NCBI GenBank assembly: GCA_963822445.1
Contig: CAWGHO010000003.1
Span: forward strand, 1,248,001 to 1,312,000
Direction: 5' to 3'
Length of the DNA: 64,000 nt
From: an uncultured Acidobacteriota bacterium
Lineage (GTDB): Bacteria; Acidobacteriota; Thermoanaerobaculia; Gp7-AA8
Shown in pieces: positions 18,331 to 28,220 of this stretch. Both the position numbers and the translations under genes were made by a program. Numbering within the stretch: the stretch's first letter is position 1; every line of letters begins with the position of its first letter. Under the pieces are notes generated by a model, which was not told where the DNA came from, made no database searches, and saw nothing but the letters and a program-made list of their open reading frames with translations.

Positions 18331-18996
18331 ATGCGTTCTCTCGCTTTGAGTACGTTGATCCTCGTCGTCGCGGCGTCCGCGAACGCCGCCGTGAAGATCA
18401 CCGTGAAGAAAGACGGGACGAAGCTGATCTACAACAGCGGCGGGCGCTCCGGAACCCACGGAAACCTGACCTGGCTGGCCAGCCGCCACGATCGGCGCTC
18501 GAAGTACGACCCGTTCATCGAGCATTACGCGACGAAGTACGGCGTCGATCCGACGCTCGTCCGCGCCGTCATCCAGGTCGAATCGGACTTCGATCCGCTC
18601 TGCGTTTCGCACAAAGGCGCGCGCGGCCTGATGCAGCTCATGCCGGCGACGGCGAAGCGCTTCGGCGTCACGAAGGTTCACGATCCCGAGCAGAACATTC
18701 ACGGCGGCGTGCGCTATCTCGCGTATCTGCTCGAGCTGTTCGGCGACATGCCCCGCGCGCTCGCGGCATACAACGCCGGCGAAGGCGCGGTGATGAAGTA
18801 CGGCGGCATTCCGCCATATCAGGAAACGTCGACGTACGTCGTGCGGGCGATGACGGTCTATTACGGGCGGCCTTACGGCAGCGGTGCGATGACCATCGCC
18901 GGCCGCCGCGGAGGACCGAAGCTGAAAGGCGGATTCGGCACCGCCCCGGTCGCCGCCGCCGTGCTCCCGGGCGTTAAGTTTCTGGGAACGCACTAG
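18331..18996 (+). CDS. Lytic transglycosylase (SLT domain)
   Basis: Signal peptide from ATG 18331; AVIQVESDF, GARGLMQLMPATA, ALAAYNAGEG, PPYQET. Confidence 0.92.
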   Translation: MRSLALSTLILVVAASANAAVKITVKKDGTKLIYNSGGRSGTHGNLTWLASRHDRRSKYDPFIEHYATKYGVDPTLVRAVIQVESDFDPLCVSHKGARGLMQLMPATAKRFGVTKVHDPEQNIHGGVRYLAYLLELFGDMPRALAAYNAGEGAVMKYGGIPPYQETSTYVVRAMTVYYGRPYGSGAMTIAGRRGGPKLKGGFGTAPVAAAVLPGVKFLGTH

Positions 18997-19029
18997 CTTC
19001 GAATAACCCTCTAGTACAATCCGCCCCGC

Positions 19030-20360
19030 ATGCCTGAGCGTGACCCTGCAGTGGCACCGCCATTCGATCAGGGCGTCTTCCTGCTCCATTACAACCGCGG
19101 CCGCGAGGCGTTCCAGGAAGGACGCTATGCCGAGGCCCGGCGGGAGCTGGAGGCGGCGCAGAGGCTGCGTCCCGATGACTCGGACGTGCTCAACCTCCTC
19201 GGCCTGGTCTACTTCAAGACCAACGCCTTCCCCGAAGCGGAAGTCATCTACCGAAGGCTGATCCGTGAGAACCCCAATGTCTTCATCCTGCACTCGAACC
19301 TCGGCCTGATCCTGTTCAAGCAGGGGAAGAACGACGAGGCCGAGCACTTCCTGATGCGCGCCGTCGAGTTGCGCCCGAACTACGCCAAGTCGCACCTCTA
19401 CCTCGGCCTGCTCTACCGCCAGAAAAAGAAGTTCGGCCTGGCCCTCGAGCATCTGCGTTTCGCCGGCGCGGACAAGCTCGTGCGGGAAGTGGAAGCTGGA
19501 GATGCGGCCTCCCGCGCCGCCTCCTGCTCCGCTGCCTCCGATCCCACAGGCCGCCGTGACCACACAGAAGATCCCGGCGATCAAGCCGATGGACGTGCCG
19601 CAGTCGGCGATCGAGCATCGCACCCAGCCCGGAACGATGCCGGTCGTGCGCACGATGCCCGGCGTTCCGCCGCCTCCGCAGCCCGTCGATGCCGCGGTCA
19701 CGGCCGCGCGCAAGCTTCAGGACGCGGTCGACGAGCCGCAGCACGTCGAGGCGAAGCGCATCGACGTCGGCAACAAGATCGAAGGGGCGTCGAAGACCTT
19801 CACCCTGCACGAGAACGGATTCCTGGAGATCAACTTCGCGCGCAGCGTGCACGTGAAGCGGGGAACGGTCTCCAGCTACTCCGGCAATCTGAAGTTCATC
19901 GCCGAATCAGGCCTCCTCGGCACAACCGCGCAGACGCTGGTGAAAGCCGTGGGGCAGGGCAAGATCTTCGTGTACGAGAAGGGCCACAAGACCTTCCTCC
20001 TCGATCTCAACGACGAGTTCATCTACGTCGAAGGCAGCAACCTGCTCGCGCTGGAAGACTCGCTGACGTATCGCGTTGAGCCGATTTACGACGGCTCGTA
20101 TCAGCGGAAGATCGACGTGGTGAAGATCTTCGGCAAGGGCTCGCTGGCGATCTCGACGTCGATCGAGCCGCTCACCCTGCGCGTCACGAAGGAATATCCA
20201 CTGTCGATCTCCTCCCGCGCGCTCGTCGCCTGGACCGGCAACGTCATCCCGACCGTCGTCGAAGATGAGTCGCTGGAGAACGTGATGATCGAGATGGAAG
20301 GGGCGGGCGCGGTTCAAGATCCGTTTCGAGGGTGATGGTGTCGTGGTTTCCGAGCAGTAG
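19030..20360 (+). CDS. TPR protein with Pro-rich linker and C-terminal AIM24-like domain (two apparent frameshifts)
   Basis: TPRs at 19030-19490; after a +1 shift near 19495, a Pro-rich linker and beta domain (YSGNLKF, VGQGKIFV, VEGSNLLAL, LVAWTGNV); a second shift near 20310 gives ...FKIRFEGDGVVVSEQ*. Confidence 0.7.
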
Positions 20361-20364
20361 CCGC

Positions 20365-20875
20365 TCACTCCTCGTGCGCCGTGCCCCACTCCGCCGCCAG
20401 GTTGTACGCGTCGCGAAGCTCGGCATCGCGATCCCAGTTCGCAAAGTACGGTCGTAACGCCGCGTCTTCGAAGGCATGTTCGAGCACGCCGCAGAGCACG
20501 CGATTCTTCGTGGCCGGATCGCCGCGGCGATAGAGCTTCTCGAGCTCGAGAGCGATGCCGCGAATGGTCGAGGCGACGCGGCCGCCGCGCTGACGCCACT
20601 CCTTCATCAGCGCAGCCAGATCCCACGCCGCTTCGAAGCCGCCGTGGAGGTAATCGCCGGGCGTGGGATTTTCCTCGATGCAGCGCATGAGGTAGCGGCG
20701 CATGAAGTCGGCCGCTTCGTCGGGCGGAATCTCCGTCGAGGGCTGCTCCAGCAGCGCGTACACGATGCTCCAGGTGAGCAGATCGCCCGAGTCGATCCAG
20801 TGGTGGATCTCTTCGCGCGAGACCGGAGCGTCTGCGCGGAGCTGCCGCAGGGCCTCGGCGTACAGCGGAGGTCAC
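20365..20875 (-). CDS. Hypothetical helical protein (5' end uncertain, possible frameshift)
   Basis: ORF 20365..20763 extends in frame upstream (LYAEALRQLRADAPVSREEIHHWID...) to the CPBP stop; a GTGA-overlap start at 20875 is one base out of frame. Confidence 0.6.
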
Positions 20876-21660
20876 GACCCGATGCCCGTCACCTTGACCG
20901 CGATCGGGACGATCACGAAGAGCTGGATGGCGTCGAACACGCCGTGAGCGAGGATGCCCGGGATCACGTTCTTCGTGCGATAGAAGGTGATGCCGATGAT
21001 CAGCGAAATGATCGTCACGCCGATCAGCAGCAGGGGGTTGCCGTACGTGAAGTGGGCGAGGGCGAAGAGAATCGTCGAGGCGATGAGGCCGACCCGCTTC
21101 TGCAGGAACGAGCGGAAGAAGAACTCCTCGACGGTCATCGCCGACAGCACGATCATCGCTTTCTTCCAGACCGGCAGCGCGGCCATCCAGCCGATCATCG
21201 CCGGCGGATCGGGCGGTTCTTCGAGGAACCCCGCGGCCTGCAGCGCCAGCGCGACGAGCATGGCCATGAGCAGCGTCAGCATCCAGCCGCCGACGCCGAC
21301 CGCCGTGCCGATGGCCAGGACTTCCGCGGGTCGCTCGTGGCGGATTTGCAGGAACTCTTTGAGATTCGGCCGGCCGCTGAGCGCCCACCATCCGACCAGA
21401 AAGACCATCAGGATGACGTGGAGCATGAAGAGCGAGTAGAAGGGCACGCTGGCGAGCTGCTTCGACGTCGGCGGTGTCAGCGCGGAGTTGGTCACCAGCC
21501 CGGCCAGGGTGACCATGAAGAGGCCCAGCCAGATGTACGCGATCCACTTCATGGCCGCGTTGGGGAAACGGTCGCAACTGAGGATGTTGAATCGCTCGTT
21601 GAGGATCACGATGGCGATCCAGACGACGAGCACGAACGCGATGGAGATGATGTAGGGCAT
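20872..21660 (-). CDS. CPBP (Abi/CAAX) family intramembrane metalloprotease
   Basis: Multi-TM protein with VEEFFFR, FALAH and AHGVFD motifs. Confidence 0.9.
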   Translation of the reverse strand: MPYIISIAFVLVVWIAIVILNERFNILSCDRFPNAAMKWIAYIWLGLFMVTLAGLVTNSALTPPTSKQLASVPFYSLFMLHVILMVFLVGWWALSGRPNLKEFLQIRHERPAEVLAIGTAVGVGGWMLTLLMAMLVALALQAAGFLEEPPDPPAMIGWMAALPVWKKAMIVLSAMTVEEFFFRSFLQKRVGLIASTILFALAHFTYGNPLLLIGVTIISLIIGITFYRTKNVIPGILAHGVFDAIQLFVIVPIAVKVTGIGS

Positions 21661-21675
21661 GGCGCGGGGCGAAGT

Positions 21676-23721
21676 TTACACGCGTGCCACGTCGACCATG
21701 TTGTCGTAAAACGTCGCCCCGCCGCCGATGTCCGTCAGAGCCTGCGAGGTGGTGTGGTTGGCGTTGGTCCCGTCCGTCAGCTTCGGCCACCAGACCGACG
21801 GCGCCGACACGACCCCCGGGCGCACGCGGTCGGTAATCACGGCCTCGGCCGTGAACGCGCCGCGACCATTGAAGATCGAGACTTTCACGCCGGCCTCGAT
21901 GCCACGGTTCTTCGCATCCTCGGCATGAATCTCCAGCGTCGGACGCCCGGCTGAGCGTCGCAAAGACGCGACGTTCACGAACGACGAATTCAGGAACTCG
22001 TGCGCCGGCGGGGAGATGAGCGCCAGCGGATAGCGGCTCACGAGCTCGGGGTCGCGTTCTTCCGATTCGTAAGGCGGCACGTATTCGGGCAACAGATCGA
22101 GTCCGTGCGCGACCGCGGCCTGCGACGCGATCTCGATCTTTCCACTCGGCGTCGGCAGACGCTCGCCGCGGCGGTAGGGCATGTGCGGTTTGCCGACGTC
22201 GAGCCGGATGGAGGCCTGCTCGCGCAGCTCCTCGAGCGTGAACGGCATGTTGCGCAGGGCCTGCCGCATCATCTCTTCATCGGAGTCACGCAGCGCCGGA
22301 TCGTCCAGGCCCATTCGCGCGGCAAGTCGGCGGAAAATCTCCGTGTTCGGAAGCGCCTCGCCCAGCGGCTCGATCGACCGCGCGTTGTACATCATGTAGA
22401 TGTGGCCATACGCGCGATGGAGATCCTCGTGTTCGAGCTGGGTTGTCGCCGGCAGCAACACGTCGGCGTAATCGGCGGTGTCGGTCTGGAAATGCTCGAG
22501 GACGACCGTGAACAGATCCTCGCGACGCAGGCCCGCGAGCACGTTCTCGCGGTCGGGCGCGATCGCACCGGGATTGGAGTTGTAGACCACGAGCGCCTTC
22601 ACCGGCGGGTCGTCGATCTTCGTCAGCGCCTCACCGAGACGGCTCATGTTGATCGTGCGCGTGCCGGCGGGCGAAAGATCGGCGCGATACAGCGCGCTGA
22701 AATCGACCTTGGAAAACGTCCCCGACGTTGACAGCAACGCGCCGCCGCCGAGGTCGTCCCAGGCTCCGGTCACGGCGGGAAGAATCGAGATCGCGCGCAC
22801 TGCCGAGCCGCCGCCGGCGTGCCGCTGCAGACCGTAGTTGAGGCGGATGAACGTCGGACGGGTCGTGCCGTATCGCCTGGCGAGATCCTCGATCGTCGCG
22901 GCCGGGATCCGGCAGATTTTCGCGACGCGCTCCGGCGCGTACTCGTTCATCACCCGATCGCGAAGGCCTTCCCAGCCGACGGTCATCTCGGCGAGATAGC
23001 CGAGGTCGGCGAGACCGTCGCGAAAGAGGACGTGCATGATCGACAGAGCCAGCGCCGCGTCGGTTCCCGGCCGGATGGCAATGTGCTCGTCGCAAGCGGC
23101 CGCGGTCCGCGTGCGAATCGGATCGATGGCGATCGTCTTGGCGCCGTTGGCCTTCGCCTGGCGGATGAATGGCCAGAGGTGCGGATTCGAAGTGAGCGTG
23201 TTCGTTCCCCAGAGCAGGATCAGACGCGCGTTGCCGACATCCTCGGGATTCGTCCCCATCCGCGTGCCGAAGGTCACATTCAACGCTTCGGCGCCGGCAG
23301 TCGCACAGATCGTGCGATCGAGCTTCGACGCGCCGAGGAGGTGGAAGAAGCGGCGGTCCATCGACTCGCTCTGCAGCAGGCCCATCGTCCCGGCGTATGA
23401 GTAGGGAAGGATCGACTGCGGCCCGAATTCGTCCGCGGTCGCGCGAAGGCGCGTCGCGATCAGATCGAGCGCTTCGTCCCAGGTCGCACGCCGGAACTTC
23501 CCTTCGCCTTTCGCACCGACGCGAATCTGTGGAAAGAGCAGCCGGTCGGAGTGATACGTGCGCTCGAGATACTTCGCGACCTTCGTGCAGAGAAAGCCTT
23601 GCGTGACGGGATGGTCGGGATCGCCCGCAATACGCACCGCACGTCCGTTCTCGACGGTGACGAGCATCGCGCAGGTGTCGGGGCAATCGTGCGGGCAGAC
23701 GGCGCGAACGACTTCAGCCAA
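21676..23721 (-). CDS. Molybdopterin-dependent oxidoreductase
   Basis: N-terminal CPHDCPDTC...GFLCTK Fe-S motif; ADVLLPATT; C-terminal molybdopterin-binding domain (LNSSF, LEIHAEDA, TFYDNMV). Confidence 0.93.
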   Translation of the reverse strand: MAEVVRAVCPHDCPDTCAMLVTVENGRAVRIAGDPDHPVTQGFLCTKVAKYLERTYHSDRLLFPQIRVGAKGEGKFRRATWDEALDLIATRLRATADEFGPQSILPYSYAGTMGLLQSESMDRRFFHLLGASKLDRTICATAGAEALNVTFGTRMGTNPEDVGNARLILLWGTNTLTSNPHLWPFIRQAKANGAKTIAIDPIRTRTAAACDEHIAIRPGTDAALALSIMHVLFRDGLADLGYLAEMTVGWEGLRDRVMNEYAPERVAKICRIPAATIEDLARRYGTTRPTFIRLNYGLQRHAGGGSAVRAISILPAVTGAWDDLGGGALLSTSGTFSKVDFSALYRADLSPAGTRTINMSRLGEALTKIDDPPVKALVVYNSNPGAIAPDRENVLAGLRREDLFTVVLEHFQTDTADYADVLLPATTQLEHEDLHRAYGHIYMMYNARSIEPLGEALPNTEIFRRLAARMGLDDPALRDSDEEMMRQALRNMPFTLEELREQASIRLDVGKPHMPYRRGERLPTPSGKIEIASQAAVAHGLDLLPEYVPPYESEERDPELVSRYPLALISPPAHEFLNSSFVNVASLRRSAGRPTLEIHAEDAKNRGIEAGVKVSIFNGRGAFTAEAVITDRVRPGVVSAPSVWWPKLTDGTNANHTTSQALTDIGGGATFYDNMVDVARV

Positions 23722-23727
23722 GCGCCG

Positions 23728-25023
23728 CTACTCCCTCTCCAGCACCATCGCCACGCCCATTCCGCCAGCGGCGCAAACGGTCAGGAGGCCGTACTGCTCG
23801 CCGGTCTTCTGCAGCTCGTTGCAGACGGTGGTCACGATGCGGGCGCCGGTCGCGCCGAAGGGATGGCCGAGGGCGATGGAGCCGCCGGTGCGGTTGATCT
23901 TTTCGGGATCGATGTCGCCGACCGGCTCGGTGCGCCCGAGTTTTTCCTGGGCGATCTTCTTCGAGCCGAGCCACTGGATGTTTGACAGCACCTGCGCCGC
24001 AAAAGCCTCGTGCATTTCGATGACGCCGATGTCGGACAGTTTTACTTTCGCCCGCTCGAGCGCGGTCGGCAGCGCGAAGACGGGGCCCTGCAGCAACTGA
24101 TCGAACGGATCGGTCGCGGCGTAAGCGTAGCTCTTGATGAATCCGATCGGCTTCAGACCCAGCGCCTTGGCCTTGTCCTCGGACATGAGCAGCACCGCGG
24201 ACGCGCCGTCGGTGAGTGGCGATGCGTTGCCGGCGGTGATCGTGCCGTACTTGCGATCGAAGACCGGCCGGAGTTTGGCGAGACTCTCCAGCGTCGTGTC
24301 GTCGCGCACGAGGTTGTCCTTCTCGACGATGTTCTCGAACTTCGGCGGGACGACGACGGTCATCACCTCATCTTTGAATCGGCCGCTCGCGTGCGCGGCG
24401 GCGGCGCGCTGATGGCTCTGCAGCGCGAGCTTGTCCTGCGCTTCGCGGGTGATGCCGTTGGCCTTGGCCATCTTCTCCGCGGACTCACCCATGGACAGGC
24501 CGGTGGTCGATTCGGCGATGGCCGGTGCGTCGGGAGCAAGGTCTTTCGGACGGATCTTCGAGAACGCGCCGAGCTTGCCGCCGACGCTTTTCTGTTTGCT
24601 TGCAGTGACGAGCGCTTCGCTGAAGTTCTTGGAGAAGAGGATGGGGACGTCGGACAGCGATTCCGCGCCGCCGGCGATGACCGTGTCGGCGTAACCGCGC
24701 GCAATCATGTCCGCGGCCGCGGTGATGGCCTGATTCGCCGACGCGCAGGCCTTGCCGACGGTGTACGCGGGGATCTTGCGCGGCAGGCCGGTGCCGAGAA
24801 CGACCTCGCGGGCGATGTTCGGCGCCTTGACCGACGGGATGACGTTGCCGAAGACGAGCTCCTGCACTTCGTTGGGGTCGATGCCCGAGCGCTGGACGAG
24901 CTCGGCGACGACGATCTTGCCGAGATCGAGGGCGGACAGATGCGCGTAATTCGTTCCCGATTTCGCGAAGGGAGTACGAAGGCCGGCGATCACTGCGACA
25001 CGGGGGACGTATTGCCAGGTCAT
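23728..25023 (-). CDS. fadI: Acetyl-CoA C-acyltransferase (FadI-type thiolase)
   Basis: Start ATG 25023; GLRTPFAK, KACASA, EMHEAFAAQ, GGSIALGHPFGATG, TVCAAGGMG. Confidence 0.88.
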   Translation of the reverse strand: MTWQYVPRVAVIAGLRTPFAKSGTNYAHLSALDLGKIVVAELVQRSGIDPNEVQELVFGNVIPSVKAPNIAREVVLGTGLPRKIPAYTVGKACASANQAITAAADMIARGYADTVIAGGAESLSDVPILFSKNFSEALVTASKQKSVGGKLGAFSKIRPKDLAPDAPAIAESTTGLSMGESAEKMAKANGITREAQDKLALQSHQRAAAAHASGRFKDEVMTVVVPPKFENIVEKDNLVRDDTTLESLAKLRPVFDRKYGTITAGNASPLTDGASAVLLMSEDKAKALGLKPIGFIKSYAYAATDPFDQLLQGPVFALPTALERAKVKLSDIGVIEMHEAFAAQVLSNIQWLGSKKIAQEKLGRTEPVGDIDPEKINRTGGSIALGHPFGATGARIVTTVCNELQKTGEQYGLLTVCAAGGMGVAMVLERE

Positions 25024-25038
25024 GGAAACGGAGGTTAT

Positions 25039-25067
25039 CAGGTTGTCAGGTCGTCGGGTTGTCGGGT
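25039..25067. repeat. Short 8-bp tandem repeat (GGTYGTCR, about 3 copies) between divergent fadI and zwf
   Basis: CAGGTTGTCAGGTCGTCGGGTTGTCGGGT. Confidence 0.55.
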
Positions 25068-25078
25068 AGCGTGACGCC

Positions 25079-26605
25079 ATGTCGTCAACGCTGCTCGAGG
25101 CGAATCCGCTCCGCGAGGGGCTGGAGCAGGAACGCGTTCCCGATGCCTCCTGCCTGGTGATTTTCGGGGCGTCGGGCGATCTCACCCAGCGCAAGCTCAT
25201 CCCGGCGTTGTATTCGCTCGCGCACGACGGGCTGCTGCCGCCGGGGCAGACCATCGTGGGGATGGCGCGCGCGGCACAGACGGATGAGGAGTTCCGCACG
25301 GCGATGCGAGCGGCATGTGAAAAGCACGCGCGGACGCGGCCGGTCGAGGATGCGATCTGGGATTCGTTCGCGCGCGGGCTGTTCTACGTTCCCGGCGAGT
25401 TCGGCGATCGCGCGGCTTATGGACGCCTGCGGGAGCGGCTCGAGGAATTCGATCGCACGCGCGGGACGGGCGGGCGGCGGCTCTACTACCTGGCCGTGCC
25501 GCCGGAGTTCTTCGACGACATCGCTCAACATCTAGCGGCCGAACAGATGGTCAATGATCCGGAGACGGCCAATCCGTACACCCGGGTGATCATCGAGAAG
25601 CCGTTCGGCCACGACCTCGCCTCGGCGCGCGATCTCAATCGCATTGCCGTCACCACCTTCCGCGAGCGCCAGGTCTTCCGCATCGACCACTACCTCGGCA
25701 AGGAGACCGTGCAGAACCTGCTCGTGCTCCGCTTCGCCAATGGCCTTTTCGAGCCGTTCTGGAACCGTCAATACATTGACCACGTCCAGTTCACCGTCGC
25801 GGAATCGATCGGTGTCGAGAAGCGCGGCAATTACTTCGACTCGGCCGGAATCGCGCGTGACATCATCCAGAACCATCTCCTGCAACTCGTGTCGCTGGTG
25901 GGCATGGAGCCGCCGGTGGCCTTCGAGGCCAACGCCGTGCGTGATGAGAAGGTGAAGGTGCTGCGCGCGCTTCGCCCGATCAAGGAAGCCGTTCGCGGGC
26001 AATATTCGGCCGGCTCGGTCCTCGGCGAGTTCGCGCCGCCGTATCGTGAAGAGGAGAAGGTCAATCCCGAATCGCGAACGGAAACCTTCGCCTCGATCAA
26101 GGTCTTCGTCGACAACTGGCGCTGGGCGGAGGTGCCGTTTTACATCCGCGCGGGGAAGCGTCTGCCGAAGCGGGTCACGGACATCTCCATCCATTTCCGC
26201 CCCGCGCCGTACCCGCTCTTCAGCCACCTCGGCGTGAAGACGCAGCCGAACGTGCTGGCCATCCGCATTCAGCCGGACGAAGGCATTTCGCTGAAGTTCG
26301 ACTCGAAGCTGCCGGGGCCGACGATCCGCACCGCGCCGGTGACGATGGAGTTCCGCTACGCGACGTCGTTCGGTGCCGAGCCGCCCGAGGCTTATGAGCG
26401 GCTGCTGCTGGAGACGATGCTGGGGGACGCGACGCTCTTCGCGCGGCGCGACGAGATCGAGACGGCGTGGGAGTGGCTCGATCCGCTACTGAAGCGATGG
26501 GCGAGCGACCCCGCGGCGCCGGAGTTGTATCCCTCGGGCACGTGGGGGCCTGACTCGGCGGACGAGATGATCGAACGGGACGGACGCAAATGGCGAAGGC
26601 CCTGA
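25079..26605 (+). CDS. zwf: Glucose-6-phosphate 1-dehydrogenase
   Basis: GASGDL, EKPFG, RIDHYLGKE, DIIQNH, AYERLL. Confidence 0.97.
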   Translation: MSSTLLEANPLREGLEQERVPDASCLVIFGASGDLTQRKLIPALYSLAHDGLLPPGQTIVGMARAAQTDEEFRTAMRAACEKHARTRPVEDAIWDSFARGLFYVPGEFGDRAAYGRLRERLEEFDRTRGTGGRRLYYLAVPPEFFDDIAQHLAAEQMVNDPETANPYTRVIIEKPFGHDLASARDLNRIAVTTFRERQVFRIDHYLGKETVQNLLVLRFANGLFEPFWNRQYIDHVQFTVAESIGVEKRGNYFDSAGIARDIIQNHLLQLVSLVGMEPPVAFEANAVRDEKVKVLRALRPIKEAVRGQYSAGSVLGEFAPPYREEEKVNPESRTETFASIKVFVDNWRWAEVPFYIRAGKRLPKRVTDISIHFRPAPYPLFSHLGVKTQPNVLAIRIQPDEGISLKFDSKLPGPTIRTAPVTMEFRYATSFGAEPPEAYERLLLETMLGDATLFARRDEIETAWEWLDPLLKRWASDPAAPELYPSGTWGPDSADEMIERDGRKWRRP

Positions 26606-27588
26606 ACGGCGACGACGTCCGCGTCAACGCGCACACGATCGAGAAGCGGCTCGCCGACATCTGGCGCGAGGAGCAGGAAGGCGACGAGGGGAGCGAGCGC
26701 GCGGTCACGCGCGCGGCGCTTTGGAACGTCATCGCGCACACGTGGAACGGTGACGAGCAGGCCCGCGCATCCTCCGTGCTCGGCCGCGCGAGCGCGTCCG
26801 TGCCGCAGCGCACCATCGTCATTCGCGCGGATCCGCGCGGCGAAGGGGAGATGGCCTCCTGGATCTCCGCGAACTGCCATCTCATCGGCGGCGGCGGGCA
26901 GCAGGTCTGTTCCGAGGAAGTGTCGATCATCGCGTCCGGCGATCGCATGCAGCACGTGCCTCCGCTGGTCGCGTCGCTGCTGCTGCCGGACATGCCGGTG
27001 GCGGTGTGGTGGATCGGCGATCTGCCTCGCGATCATCACGAGTACGTGGAAACCCTCCTGGAGCCGGCGGACCGGCTCATCGTCGACTCCTCGCAGTTCG
27101 ACAGCGCCGCGGATTTCGATCTGATCTGCCGCATCGGTGAAGAGACCACGACCGCGCCGGCCGATCTGAGCTGGGCGCGCATCGAAGAGTGGCGCGGCGC
27201 GACGGCGATGATCTTCGATCCGGCCTCGATGCGCCCGAGGTTGCGGACGATCGCCCGGGTGCGGGTCGAGAGCGGCTCGCGGTCCGAGGCGGTGCTGTAT
27301 CTCGCGTGGATGCGCGCACAACTCGGTGCGGACGTGCCGTTCGAATTGGTGAAAAGCGATGAGCGAAGCATCGTTGCCGTGGAGATCCATTTCGACGATG
27401 GCCATGTCGCCCGGATTCACAGCGAGCGCGAGCGAGGCGTGGTCGTCGGCAACATCGACGGATCGTTCGAATGCATCACCCGCGCGCTTGGGCGGGGCGA
27501 GGAAGACCTGATCGTCCGTCTGCTGAAGCGGCCGGAGGCGGATCGCGTTTACATCAAGACGCTGCGCCGCGTCCGCGAGATCGCATGA
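26590..27588 (+). CDS. opcA: G6PDH assembly protein OpcA
   Basis: LLLPDMPVAVWW, DRLIVDS, DLSWARIEEWR; located between zwf and pgl. Confidence 0.88.
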   Translation: MAKALNGDDVRVNAHTIEKRLADIWREEQEGDEGSERAVTRAALWNVIAHTWNGDEQARASSVLGRASASVPQRTIVIRADPRGEGEMASWISANCHLIGGGGQQVCSEEVSIIASGDRMQHVPPLVASLLLPDMPVAVWWIGDLPRDHHEYVETLLEPADRLIVDSSQFDSAADFDLICRIGEETTTAPADLSWARIEEWRGATAMIFDPASMRPRLRTIARVRVESGSRSEAVLYLAWMRAQLGADVPFELVKSDERSIVAVEIHFDDGHVARIHSERERGVVVGNIDGSFECITRALGRGEEDLIVRLLKRPEADRVYIKTLRRVREIA

Positions 27589-28220
27589 ACATCCGGCGCT
27601 TCGATTCGATGGACGATCTCACCCGCGCCGCCGCGCGGACGATTTTCCAGCGCGATCACCGAAGCGTGGCGATCTCCGGCGGCTCGACTCCGATCCCGCT
27701 GTACGAGCTACTCAGCAAAGAACTTCGCGCGGAGGATCCGATCGACTGGGTCCTCGTCGACGAGCGCTACGTGCCCAAAAGCGATCCGCAATCGAACGCG
27801 GCGATGATCGAGCGGACGCTGTTCGCGAACGGCATTCCGCAGACGCATCGCTGGCTGCATTTCGATACGTCGCTGAACGATCCCGCGGCGTCGGCGAGAT
27901 TGTTCGAATCGCAATGGGACATCGAGCAGCTGGACATCGTCTGCCTCGGCATCGGCGACGATGGACACACCGCCTCGCTCTTTCCGGGAACGCCGGTGCT
28001 CGACGTCGAGGATCGCATCGCCAGCGAGGTGTTCGTTCCGCGGCTCGATCAGTGGAGGGTGACGCTCACGAAGCCGGTGATTCGCGCGGCGAAGCTGCGG
28101 ATCGTCCTCGTGGCGGGAGAGTCAAAAGCGAAGATCATCGATGAGGTGCGGCTCGGCGAGCCGCACCCCATCGCGTTGGTTACGCAGGGCGTGGAAACGT
28201 GGTGGTTCGTTACTGACTAG
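27585..28220 (+). CDS. pgl: 6-phosphogluconolactonase
   Basis: Start ATG 27585; ISGGSTP, VDERYVP..DPQSN, LGIGDDGHTASLFP. Confidence 0.93.
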   Translation: MNIRRFDSMDDLTRAAARTIFQRDHRSVAISGGSTPIPLYELLSKELRAEDPIDWVLVDERYVPKSDPQSNAAMIERTLFANGIPQTHRWLHFDTSLNDPAASARLFESQWDIEQLDIVCLGIGDDGHTASLFPGTPVLDVEDRIASEVFVPRLDQWRVTLTKPVIRAAKLRIVLVAGESKAKIIDEVRLGEPHPIALVTQGVETWWFVTD

